From positions 1,430-65,429 of the forward strand of contig JAHJQO010000033.1 of the NCBI GenBank assembly GCA_018819305.1: a DNA stretch of 64,000 nucleotides. Reading direction: 5' to 3'. How positions within the stretch are numbered: the first letter of the stretch is position 1; every line of letters begins with the position of its first letter. Position numbers and translations under genes: made by a program. The stretch comes from Nanobdellota archaeon. Lineage in GTDB: Archaea; Nanobdellota; Nanobdellia; Woesearchaeales; SM23-78. The notes under the pieces are model-generated. The model did not search any database and was not told the origin of the DNA. It saw only the letters and a list, made by a program, of their open reading frames with translations. Positions 44,278 through 53,156 of the stretch are shown piece by piece.

Positions 44278-45494
44278 GCAAGACAAAATCCACAAAACAA
44301 ATTGAAGAACAGTTTGAATTAGATATTTATCCAAGAAGAGAGGTTGTTATAGTCAGAGGCAAAGCTAGCAAGTTGTATGATGATAAGGACAGGGAATATA
44401 TTGACTGTGCTTCAAATGTTGGCGTATCTAATATAGGGCATGCTAATGAACAGGTTGCAACTGCAATTCATGAGCAATATCTAAGGTTGGCAAATTGCTA
44501 TAGTATGTTTTATAATGATATCAGAGCAAGGTTTGCACAGAAATTAGTTGAGATAATGCCGCATTTCAATAATAATGGTAATAAAAATGGTAATGGCAAT
44601 GGAAATGGCCAACTAAGCAAAGTTTTTTTCTGTAATTCAGGTTCAGAAGCAGTAGAAGCAGCAATTAAGTTTGCAAGAGCAACAACAGGAAAAAAACAAA
44701 TCATTTGTGCAATGAGAGGATTTCACGGCAAAACCATGGGTGCTTTAGCTGCAACATGGGGTCCTGAATATCAAAAGCCATTCATGCCAATGCTTGAAGG
44801 ATTTGTACATGTTCCTTTTAATAATTATGATAGGTTTGAAAAATCAGTTAGTGATGACACTGCTGCCGTTATAGTTGAAGTTGTGCAGGGTGAAGGAGGA
44901 GTAAGGCCTGCAGATAAAGAATATCTAAAAAAGCTCAGCCAGTTTTGCAGGGCAGTTGGCATCTTGCTGATTGTTGATGAAGTGCAGACTGGTTTTGGAA
45001 GAACAGGAAAAATGTTTGCATCAGAGCATTATGATATTTCACCTGATATATTATGTCTGGCTAAATCAATTGCTGGCGGAATTCCAATGGGAGCAGTGGT
45101 TTGCAAGGAAAAAATAATTGTTCCTAAGAGGAGTCACACGTCTACATTTGGTGGAAATCCTTTGGCATGTGCAGCAGCACTTGCATCAATTGATTTTATT
45201 GAAAAAGAGAATTTAGTTGAAAGAGCTGCTGAGTTAGGTGAATATTTTATTGAAAAGCTAAGTGAGATAAAAAGCCCTAAGATAAAAGAAATAAGAGGGA
45301 TTGGATTAATGATTGGTATTGAGCTGACTGAAAAAGCAGGACCTTATGTTGCAGCGCTAATGGAGATGGGTGTGATTGCTTTGCTTGCAGGCAACTTTGT
45401 AATCAGATTATTACCACCTCTTGTTATCAGCAAAGAAGAAATTGACAAAGTAGTTGATGCTCTAGGAGATGTTTTGCAGGAGCAAGAGGATTAA
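44274..45494 (+). CDS. lysJ: [LysW]-aminoadipate semialdehyde / acetylornithine aminotransferase (class III PLP)
   Basis: 406 aa. FFCNSGSEAVEAA, LIVDEVQTGFGRTGK and TSTFGGNPLACAA. Contains an Asn/Gly low-complexity insert, NNNGNKNGNGNGNG, at nt 44568..44609. Confidence 0.9.
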   Translation: MSKTKSTKQIEEQFELDIYPRREVVIVRGKASKLYDDKDREYIDCASNVGVSNIGHANEQVATAIHEQYLRLANCYSMFYNDIRARFAQKLVEIMPHFNNNGNKNGNGNGNGQLSKVFFCNSGSEAVEAAIKFARATTGKKQIICAMRGFHGKTMGALAATWGPEYQKPFMPMLEGFVHVPFNNYDRFEKSVSDDTAAVIVEVVQGEGGVRPADKEYLKKLSQFCRAVGILLIVDEVQTGFGRTGKMFASEHYDISPDILCLAKSIAGGIPMGAVVCKEKIIVPKRSHTSTFGGNPLACAAALASIDFIEKENLVERAAELGEYFIEKLSEIKSPKIKEIRGIGLMIGIELTEKAGPYVAALMEMGVIALLAGNFVIRLLPPLVISKEEIDKVVDALGDVLQEQED

Positions 45495-45507
45495 AGGAGG
45501 CTTGAAA

Positions 45508-46533
45508 ATGTTAGTTCTTGATATGGTTAATATTTACAGCCCAACAGGCTCAGAAGGAGAACTAGTTGATTTTCTTGTTAATTGGGCAAATAAAAATGGT
45601 TTCAAAGCTTACAAAGATGAAGTTGGTAATTTTATTGCTGAAAAAGGAGAGCAAAGTGAAAAAAATAAAAAAGAAATTCTTATGGTTGGACATGTTGATA
45701 CAGTAGCAGGCAATATTCCTGTCAAAGTCAAAGATGGAAAACTTTATGGCAGAGGCTCTGTAGATGCAAAAGCACCATTAGCATGTTTTCTAGAGGCAGC
45801 AAGTAAATTTGACAATGATAACTGCAGACTTGTTGTTGTTGGAGCAATTGACGAAGAAGGAGAATCAAAAGGAGCTCGAAACATACTAGGTAAATATAGT
45901 CCAGACTATATTATTGTTGGCGAACCTAGTGGATGGAGCAATATGAATATTGGGTATAAAGGAAGTATTAATTTGTTCTACAACGCAAAGCAGGATAAAG
46001 AACATAGTTCACGCTCTAGTATGAATTGCAATGAAAGAGCAGTTATGTTTTTTAATGAGCTTAGAGCTTATTTTGAAGATTTCAATCAAGAGAAAAATTT
46101 GTTCAATCAACTGGGAATAAAGTTGATTTCAATTAATTCAAATGATGATGGATTTAATGAATCTGTTGAGATGAAAATTAATATCAGGATTCCTGTAGGA
46201 TTTGACATAGAGCAATTAAAGAATTTTGTTGAGCAGAAAAAAGATGATGCAGCAGTTGATTATTCCAGATTTGAAAAGCCAGTCAAAGCTGGCAAAGACA
46301 ATAAATTAGTTTCAGGTTTTATCAAGGCAATCCGCGAAGCAGGAGGAGAACCTAAATTCAAGTTAAGAACAGGAACATCTGACATGAACATCCTTCAAGA
46401 TTATGATGTGCCAATTGTTACATATGGACCTGGTGATGCCAGCCTTGAGCACACGCCTGATGAATGCCTGGATTTAGAAGAATATGATAAATCTGTGAGA
46501 ATAATGAGCAGCGTCTTACAACAGCTAATGTAA
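45508..46533 (+). CDS. lysK: [LysW]-lysine/ornithine hydrolase (M20 peptidase, ArgE/LysK-like)
   Basis: Start set at ATG 45508 (MLVLDMVNIYSPTGSEG...), preceded by AAAGGAGG. The track start at 45469 overlaps lysJ. M20 motifs: MVGHVDTV, GRGSVDAK and IDEEGES. Confidence 0.8.
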   Translation: MLVLDMVNIYSPTGSEGELVDFLVNWANKNGFKAYKDEVGNFIAEKGEQSEKNKKEILMVGHVDTVAGNIPVKVKDGKLYGRGSVDAKAPLACFLEAASKFDNDNCRLVVVGAIDEEGESKGARNILGKYSPDYIIVGEPSGWSNMNIGYKGSINLFYNAKQDKEHSSRSSMNCNERAVMFFNELRAYFEDFNQEKNLFNQLGIKLISINSNDDGFNESVEMKINIRIPVGFDIEQLKNFVEQKKDDAAVDYSRFEKPVKAGKDNKLVSGFIKAIREAGGEPKFKLRTGTSDMNILQDYDVPIVTYGPGDASLEHTPDECLDLEEYDKSVRIMSSVLQQLM

Positions 46534-46584
46534 ATTCAGGCAGATAAAGAAATATTTATAAAACACCTCTTTCTCTGAATTCTT

Positions 46585-46944
46585 ATGACAGACTTAGTAG
46601 CATGCCTTAGCACTGGAAAGGGAACATGGACCAATGTTCTTCAGCTGGTTAAGAAAGAAGAATTTACAAATGTTTTTCTTATTGTTAATGACTGGGCTAA
46701 AGACAACCTGAAGCTTGAGAGAGCTAACCTGCATGTGATTGTTGTTGATGCAAATTCAAAATTGCAGGTAATCAGGGGCATGATTATTGCAGGATTAAAA
46801 GACAAGGTCAAAGGCCTGGAAGTTGCTGTTAACATTGATTCTGGCAGCGGCAAGGAACACACAGCAATCTTGTCAGCACTTATCAATCTGGGCTTTGCTT
46901 TGAGATTTGTCTCTTTTGAGAATGAAGAGATTATTGAGATTTGA
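46585..46944 (+). CDS. Hypothetical small alpha/beta protein
   Basis: 119 aa. Alternating hydrophobic strands (LVACLSTGKG, VFLIVND, HVIVVD, VAVNIDSGSGKEHTAIL) suggest a Rossmann-like fold. See the finding for a speculative CARF-like reading. Confidence 0.4.
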   Translation: MTDLVACLSTGKGTWTNVLQLVKKEEFTNVFLIVNDWAKDNLKLERANLHVIVVDANSKLQVIRGMIIAGLKDKVKGLEVAVNIDSGSGKEHTAILSALINLGFALRFVSFENEEIIEI

Positions 46945-46989
46945 ATTCATGATAAACTTTATTAACTTCGGCGCACTATTTAATTTAAA

Positions 46990-47436
46990 ATGAGGTGCAT
47001 AGGGATATTTTTATTCACAATTTTAAGTATTCTGGTTATTTCAGGATGTCAATATAGTATTCCTGAAAATATTCCTAAAGAAGAATTTTTTTCTGAAAAC
47101 ATTAATCTCAGACTCGAACTTGTTGAAAATGAGCCTTTGTTTAAGCAAGTTGAAAAAATTAAGCCTGATTCAATAATTACTTTGAAGGCAAAGATTCTTG
47201 GCATTGAATCAGAAGATGCTTTGGCAGGAAAATTGCGTGTTGGAGAAACAATTGAAATAAATGCAGGCAACATGCAGGAGTTCTTTGACTGCTGGCAAGA
47301 TGAATGCACTTTTAATCAGCAGTATTTTGACAACAGCGGATTAGCAGGGCTTCAGCCAGAAGATAGATTCAGATTGGCAGTTATATTATTTTCTTTTGAT
47401 AAAAATTTCAAAGAATTTGAAATTAGAGGAATATAA
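46990..47436 (+). CDS. Hypothetical lipoprotein-like secreted protein
   Basis: 148 aa. Signal peptide with lipobox-like LVISGC. Confidence 0.45.
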   Translation: MRCIGIFLFTILSILVISGCQYSIPENIPKEEFFSENINLRLELVENEPLFKQVEKIKPDSIITLKAKILGIESEDALAGKLRVGETIEINAGNMQEFFDCWQDECTFNQQYFDNSGLAGLQPEDRFRLAVILFSFDKNFKEFEIRGI

Positions 47437-47471
47437 AAATAGAATTCATAAATCTAGTCCATACCATAAAT

Positions 47472-48140
47472 CTAATCCATAATTCCAAGAAGCTGATATA
47501 CTACTCTGTCAGCAACTCTTATCATGTCTGTATAAGTCTTTGCTTCAAGAATCACGCAGTATCCTTCTGATGATGCTAAATTCACATTACTTAGTGTGAG
47601 CCAGACTACTAAAGTCCTATTGCTTGAATGTCTGCAAGTGATGATTGGCGTCTCACTCTCTGTAACTGCGTTGCTTGGAGGCTTGATAAAAGCAGAACTA
47701 GTAGGTATTTGATACCATTGCCCTGTAATCTTAGATATCTCCACCCCTGCAAGCACAACTTCATTACTCTCAGAGTCCGGATCCAGAGTGATGAATATGC
47801 TTCCATTATTTCTTTTCATATCAAGGAATTTTTCTTTTAATGTGCTGTCAATAATAATATCTTCTAGTTCAGAAGGGTGATAGTAAAAAGGAACTGGTGA
47901 CCGCTGATTGCCACTCTGAATTTCAGTATACCAGAACTTGCCTACTGGTGTAAACTCAAAATTATTGTACTTGTTGCCTTCAAACTTTGTTTTATTTATG
48001 AATTTAGGAACAAAAACAATTGCTAAAAATAAAATAATAAGAATGCTGGCAAAAATAATAAAATTAATTGTTTTTGCTCTTGCTTCTTCAGGAGTCTCTT
48101 CTTTAACAAGTTCTTCTTTTTTTTCTTCTTCTTCATTCAT
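47472..48140 (-). CDS. Membrane-anchored protein, paralog A of a tandem pair
   Basis: 222 aa. Acidic N-terminus, then one TM. Shares YNNFEF, PIITC, YCVILEA and DRVVYQLLGIMD with the upstream paralog. Confidence 0.45.
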   Translation of the reverse strand: MNEEEEKKEELVKEETPEEARAKTINFIIFASILIILFLAIVFVPKFINKTKFEGNKYNNFEFTPVGKFWYTEIQSGNQRSPVPFYYHPSELEDIIIDSTLKEKFLDMKRNNGSIFITLDPDSESNEVVLAGVEISKITGQWYQIPTSSAFIKPPSNAVTESETPIITCRHSSNRTLVVWLTLSNVNLASSEGYCVILEAKTYTDMIRVADRVVYQLLGIMD

Positions 48141-48714
48141 CCTGTATCACGCCAAAATAAGAATAAACTAATCTATCTTTTAACTGGACAAACTCAGGAC
48201 CTCTTGCATTCAAGTAAATGCAATTGTCAATGTCCTTAATGCTTGTTTCTGATGAAATATTAAATATAATCATTGGTGTCTGCAGGGTGGCATTTGCACA
48301 AGTTATAACTGGCAATGCATAATCTTCAGATTCAACAAGCACACCATTTACAATGGATTTGCCAAGGACCTGTGAAAGCTCAAACCTTGCAAGCTCAATA
48401 TAAGGCAGGCTTGGATCTTCTTCTGGATTAAAAGTCATATATATCAAGTAAGATTCTTTAAGCTTGTTCATAGTAGCACTGGAAAGATTAATATGAACAA
48501 GCTGCTGAGGCAGGTTATAGAAAAACATTTCTTTATCATTAATTTTAGTAACATATCTATTATCTTTAATAGAAAATTTATAATCATTATATTTTAATTC
48601 ATCAGTCTGATTGCCAATAATAACTCCAAAACCAGAAGCTACCATTAGAAATACAAGAATACCAGCCATCCATACCTGCTTTCTTTTCTCAGTTTTACGT
48701 TCACGCCGTCCCAT
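48133..48714 (-). CDS. Membrane-anchored protein, paralog B of a tandem pair
   Basis: 193 aa. One N-terminal TM, plus YNDYKF, PVITC, NCIYLNA and DRLVYSYFGVIQDE. Overlaps paralog A by 8 nt. Confidence 0.45.
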   Translation of the reverse strand: MGRRERKTEKRKQVWMAGILVFLMVASGFGVIIGNQTDELKYNDYKFSIKDNRYVTKINDKEMFFYNLPQQLVHINLSSATMNKLKESYLIYMTFNPEEDPSLPYIELARFELSQVLGKSIVNGVLVESEDYALPVITCANATLQTPMIIFNISSETSIKDIDNCIYLNARGPEFVQLKDRLVYSYFGVIQDE

Positions 48715-48767
48715 AGCACATGGTAGAAATAAGGGGTTTTTAAAGGTTGTTATAGATTTTATTTAAT

Positions 48768-49346
48768 TCAGAATTCTTGGTTCAGCTTCGCAATATAAGG
48801 ACAGTCAATTTTAAGTTTTTTTACCATTTTTTTCCCAAATTCACGCATATAAACTTTTATCATTATTTTGTATGCATCATTAATACTGCCATGGAGCACT
48901 TTGGTTTTTTTGTCATAATGCCATTTTCCTTTTTTATCTAATTTTTTTTCTGAAGGTCTTACATTTATCAGCAGGGAAAACTTGATTCCTGATTCAATCA
49001 TATCTTTGACATCGTGCTTGCTGAGATAATCAATTCCACAGGTGTGTGAATGAAACTCTCCTAGGATTTTGCATCCTGAAAGATAATTAATAACATATCT
49101 GAGCCTGTCATCTTGTTTTGGCGAGATAAATACTTCATCTTCTTTCCTGACAGCATGCTGGTAAGTCACTGCATTTTTTATAGTGATAAATGATTTATAT
49201 CTGCTTTCTTTGACAGAACCCACCAGAAGACCATAAGTTTCTTTTCGATATACTTCTATGGCTGCTGTTAGAAGTGAAACTAGAGCTTGTTCTTGGATTA
49301 TTGCTGTAGAAATTTTTCTAGGCATGTTCATGAGTGTCGATTTCAA
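48768..49346 (-). CDS. JAB1/MPN/Mov34 (JAMM) metalloprotease
   Basis: 192 aa. Upstream Glu in YRKETYGLLVG and the JAMM motif EFHSHTCGIDYLSKHD (HxHx7Sx2D). Confidence 0.75.
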   Translation of the reverse strand: MKSTLMNMPRKISTAIIQEQALVSLLTAAIEVYRKETYGLLVGSVKESRYKSFITIKNAVTYQHAVRKEDEVFISPKQDDRLRYVINYLSGCKILGEFHSHTCGIDYLSKHDVKDMIESGIKFSLLINVRPSEKKLDKKGKWHYDKKTKVLHGSINDAYKIMIKVYMREFGKKMVKKLKIDCPYIAKLNQEF

Positions 49347-49435
49347 GCTTTGTTGCTGTCTCTGGTTTATTAAGTTTCCGATATTGGTTTTAAAGCAAAA
49401 ACTTTAAGAAACCCTGTTATTAACCATGTAACATT

Positions 49436-51994
49436 ATGCTGACTGACAAGCAATTAAAGACAAAATTCAAGAAGACAGCAAGTGCTGAGCCTGATAAATA
49501 TTATGCTACAAAAGTGCTGAAAAAACAGGGTTTTATGCGTAAGCTTTGCCAGTGCGGCATGTGGTTCTGGACTATGCATGAGAAGCAGGAGACTTGTGGT
49601 GATGCAGCCTGCATGGGCGGAGTGGATATATTTAAGGGCGCACCTGTAAAAAAGAAACTTACTTTTATTGACACATGGCTTAACTTTAAGAAGTTCTTTG
49701 TAAACAGAGGCTACAAAGCAATCAACCGTTATCCTGTGATTGCAAGATGGAATCCTACAATTGATTTCACAAATTCATCTATTGCTGCTTTTCAGCCTTA
49801 TGTTATTAGCGGAGAAAGCCCTCCGCCTGCAAAAAAGCTTGTTATTCCTCAGTTTTGCCTAAGATTTGGTGATGTTGATAATGTTGGTGTTACTGGCAGC
49901 CATTGCACTGGCTTTGTTATGATTGGCCAGCATGCTTTTATTGAGCCTGAAGAATGGGACAGGGACAAATTTTTTCAGGATATTTATGATTACATCACAA
50001 TAGAGGTTGGTGTGCCTAAAGAAGAGCTTACTTTGCACGAGGAATCATGGGCTGGAGGAGGCAATTATGGACCTTGCATGGAATTCTTTAGCAGAGGCAT
50101 AGAGCTCTTTAATCAGGTTTATATGATGTTTGAGCATTCAGACCATGGAGACAAAGAGCTTGCAATCAAGGTTCTGGACATGGGTCTTGGAATGGAGCGT
50201 GTTGCATGGTTTACCCAGGGGGCGATGACAATTTATGATGCTGCTTTTCCAACAGTCATTGAAAAACTAAAGAAAAAACTTGAAGTAAAATTTAACCAGG
50301 CGCTTTACAAAAAATTCGCACCTCTTGCTTCTAAGCTTAATCTCGACGAAGTAGATGATATTGACAAGCAGTGGAAAGACGTGGCTGAGGAGATTGGTGT
50401 TGAAGTTGATGAGCTTAAAGAAAAAATCCTTCCTATGACTGCTCTTTATTCTGTTGCAGAGCATAGCAGGGCTTTGCTGTTTGCAATTGTTGACGGCGGG
50501 CTTCCTTCAAATGTTGGAGGATATTATAATCTCAGAGTTATCTTTAGGCGTGCAATGGAGTTCATTGACAGGTTTAAATGGGATGTTAACATGGCTGATA
50601 TTTGCCAATGGCATGCTGATTATCTGAAACCTGTTTATCCTGAGCTTTTGAAAGGCATGGCTGAAGTCAGCAAGATTTTAGAAGTTGAAAAGAAAAAATA
50701 TTATCACAGCAAGAGAAAAGGAAAACTTGTTGTTGAGCAGATGCTTAAGAGCAATAAAAATATTTCAACTGACATTCTTATAAAACTTTATGACAGCCAT
50801 GGTATTAGTCCTGAGCAGGTTAGAGAAGAAGCACTTGCTCTTAAAAAGAAAGTTGTTATTCCTGAAAACTTTTATGCATTAGTTGCAGACAAGCATGCAA
50901 ATGCAGAGCAAAAAACCCAGACTAAAAAACAAAAAGAAATTGCTCTTGGTGATTTGCAAGGCACAGATGCGCTTTATTTTGATTCTTATGATTATGTCAG
51001 GTTCAAGGCAAAAGTTTTGAAGATCCTTGAAGACCAGTACAGATGGTATGTTGTTCTTGACAGAACTGCTTTTTATCCAACAAGTGGTGGTCAGCTTCAT
51101 GACAAAGGCACTCTGAATAAGACAGATGTTGTGGATGTTTTAAAGCAGGGCAGTGTTATTGTACATGTTTGTTTGAGAAAACCTGATTTCATTGAAGGAG
51201 ACTCTGTTGTTGGCACTGTTGACTTTGACACCAGACTTCAGCTTGCCCAGCATCACACAGCAGCTCATATAATTAATGGTGTGGCCAGAAGGATTCTTGG
51301 CAATCATATCTGGCAGGCAGGTGCAGGCAAGACTTTGGAAAAAGCAAGACTTGACATTACTCATTATGATGCTTTGACAGATGAAGAAGTTGCCAAGATT
51401 GAAGAAATGGCTAATGAGATTATTAAGAATAATATTCCTGTTTACAAGAGTTTTATGGCTAGAAATGTTGCGGAAGCCAAATATGGTTTTACACTTTATC
51501 AGGGTGGTGCTGTTCCTGGAAAAGAAATTCGTGTTGTTGCCATCAGCGGCCTTGATGTTGAGGCTTGTGGAGGAACACACTTAAATCTGACAGGTGAAGC
51601 AAAGCTTATCAAAATTCTCAGAACAAGTAAAATTCAGGATGGTATCGTGAGAATTGAGTTTACTGCTGGCAATGCTGCTGAAAAAACACAGGTAAAAGAA
51701 GACAAAGTGCTTCAGCAGACTGCTGACATGTTAAAGGTTGATATTGATCAGCTGCCAGGCAGGGTTGAGGAGTTGTTTGAGAAATGGAAAAAAGCAAAAA
51801 AAGCAATTAAAAAGAAAAAAAAGCTTGATGCCAAAGAGTTAAAAGAGTTTGAACTTTCAAGCACTGCTTCTTACAAAGGAGAAGATATTCTTTACAAGTT
51901 AGCAGAAGTTCTTAGCACCCAGCCAGACCATGTTAACAAGACAATTAAAAGGTTTTTAATGGAGTTAGATGAATATAGGAATAAACTGCAGTGA
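49436..51994 (+). CDS. alaS: Alanine--tRNA ligase (archaeal type)
   Basis: 852 aa. Class II core is ...QFCLRFGDVDNVGVTGSHCTGFVMIGQH..., and the editing domain is HHTAAHIIN...CGGTHL. Confidence 0.95.
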   Translation: MLTDKQLKTKFKKTASAEPDKYYATKVLKKQGFMRKLCQCGMWFWTMHEKQETCGDAACMGGVDIFKGAPVKKKLTFIDTWLNFKKFFVNRGYKAINRYPVIARWNPTIDFTNSSIAAFQPYVISGESPPPAKKLVIPQFCLRFGDVDNVGVTGSHCTGFVMIGQHAFIEPEEWDRDKFFQDIYDYITIEVGVPKEELTLHEESWAGGGNYGPCMEFFSRGIELFNQVYMMFEHSDHGDKELAIKVLDMGLGMERVAWFTQGAMTIYDAAFPTVIEKLKKKLEVKFNQALYKKFAPLASKLNLDEVDDIDKQWKDVAEEIGVEVDELKEKILPMTALYSVAEHSRALLFAIVDGGLPSNVGGYYNLRVIFRRAMEFIDRFKWDVNMADICQWHADYLKPVYPELLKGMAEVSKILEVEKKKYYHSKRKGKLVVEQMLKSNKNISTDILIKLYDSHGISPEQVREEALALKKKVVIPENFYALVADKHANAEQKTQTKKQKEIALGDLQGTDALYFDSYDYVRFKAKVLKILEDQYRWYVVLDRTAFYPTSGGQLHDKGTLNKTDVVDVLKQGSVIVHVCLRKPDFIEGDSVVGTVDFDTRLQLAQHHTAAHIINGVARRILGNHIWQAGAGKTLEKARLDITHYDALTDEEVAKIEEMANEIIKNNIPVYKSFMARNVAEAKYGFTLYQGGAVPGKEIRVVAISGLDVEACGGTHLNLTGEAKLIKILRTSKIQDGIVRIEFTAGNAAEKTQVKEDKVLQQTADMLKVDIDQLPGRVEELFEKWKKAKKAIKKKKKLDAKELKEFELSSTASYKGEDILYKLAEVLSTQPDHVNKTIKRFLMELDEYRNKLQ

Positions 51995-52036
51995 AATAAT
52001 CTAATTTAAATAATCTAATTTAAATAATCTAATTTA
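51995..52036. repeat. Perfect tandem repeat, 14 bp x 3 (AATAATCTAATTTA), directly after the alaS stop
   Basis: Copies at 51995..52008, 52009..52022 and 52023..52036, followed by a degenerate AATAAAATAATAATTTAGATT that is partly complementary to the unit. Confidence 0.85.
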
Positions 52037-52146
52037 AATAAAATAATAATTTAGATTGGAAATTCTCTTATTCAACCAGTTTACCAGCTGATAACTGGAA
52101 CAGAGAACAAGAAAAGAAATAACAGAAACATAAAGCGCTGATAATC

Positions 52147-52329
52147 GTGGTACATTCCATAAAAGAGTCAGATTTAGAATTACTCTGCCCTAAATGCAGG
52201 ACAAAGCATAATTCAGACCTGAAGTGGATTCCTGAATTCTGGAAAGAAGTCCATTACAGAACCCTGCTTTGCACTTGTGGTTATAAAGTATCAATTAGGA
52301 CAAATGGTTTTCATTCAGGCCATTATTGA
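52147..52329 (+). CDS. Possible small zinc-ribbon protein
   Basis: 60 aa with a GTG start. The CPKC...CTCG pair suggests a zinc ribbon. No other support. Confidence 0.3.
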   Translation: MVHSIKESDLELLCPKCRTKHNSDLKWIPEFWKEVHYRTLLCTCGYKVSIRTNGFHSGHY

Positions 52330-52390
52330 TATCTCATATATTTTATACTTTTTGAATAACTTTATAAAATATTGATTCTCACTTTTTTTT

Positions 52391-53146
52391 ATGATAGGAA
52401 TAAGTTCAAAAAACGCTTTTTCAGCAGAGTTCTGGTGGAATACTTTGATAGATAAAGGTTTTAAGCTTCTTGAACTTAACCACAGGGTTACACCAATTAG
52501 TTTTAATCCAGAGCATATTACAGGCATGAAAGAAATTATTAAGAATAATGATTTGACTATTACAATTCATAGCGGAGTAACAGATATTTTGCATCCAGAT
52601 GAAATCACTGCAGAGTACCAGTTATTGCTTCTCAAAGCTGAGATAAAATATGCCTCAGACATTGGCATGAATCATGTTATTTTTCACATGTCATCTTATC
52701 TTGACCATGAAAAAGACAAAGACAGGATTCATGAATTTCTTTCAGAAGTTATTGAGTTTGCCAGAATCCATGATGTTAAATTATTTTTAGAAAATGATTC
52801 AAAAGGAGCATGGGTTAATCCTGATGATTTACTGCCTTATTTTGAAAAATACAAAAATCTCAAACATCTGCTTGATATAGGACATCTTAACAGGGCATTA
52901 CATTCAGGATTTGTAAAATCAGAAAAAGATTATTTTGACAAACTTGGCAAACATATTTGCTATGTTCATATTCATGGCAACAAAGGAATTATTGATGAGC
53001 ATACGTCTGTTGACAAGGGAAACCTGAAGCTTGATTTTCTTCTTCCTGAAATAAAAAAATTAAACCCTATTGTTATTATTGAAACAAATAATATGGAAGA
53101 TGCATTAATAACAGAGAAAATACTCCAAGCAAATGGATTTGAATAA
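52391..53146 (+). CDS. Sugar phosphate isomerase/epimerase (xylose isomerase-like TIM barrel)
   Basis: 251 aa. Metal-ligand pattern ...TIHSG..., VIFHMSS, LFLEND, LDIGHLN, VHIHGNKG...DEH. Confidence 0.7.
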   Translation: MIGISSKNAFSAEFWWNTLIDKGFKLLELNHRVTPISFNPEHITGMKEIIKNNDLTITIHSGVTDILHPDEITAEYQLLLLKAEIKYASDIGMNHVIFHMSSYLDHEKDKDRIHEFLSEVIEFARIHDVKLFLENDSKGAWVNPDDLLPYFEKYKNLKHLLDIGHLNRALHSGFVKSEKDYFDKLGKHICYVHIHGNKGIIDEHTSVDKGNLKLDFLLPEIKKLNPIVIIETNNMEDALITEKILQANGFE

Positions 53147-53156
53147 TTACCTCTTA

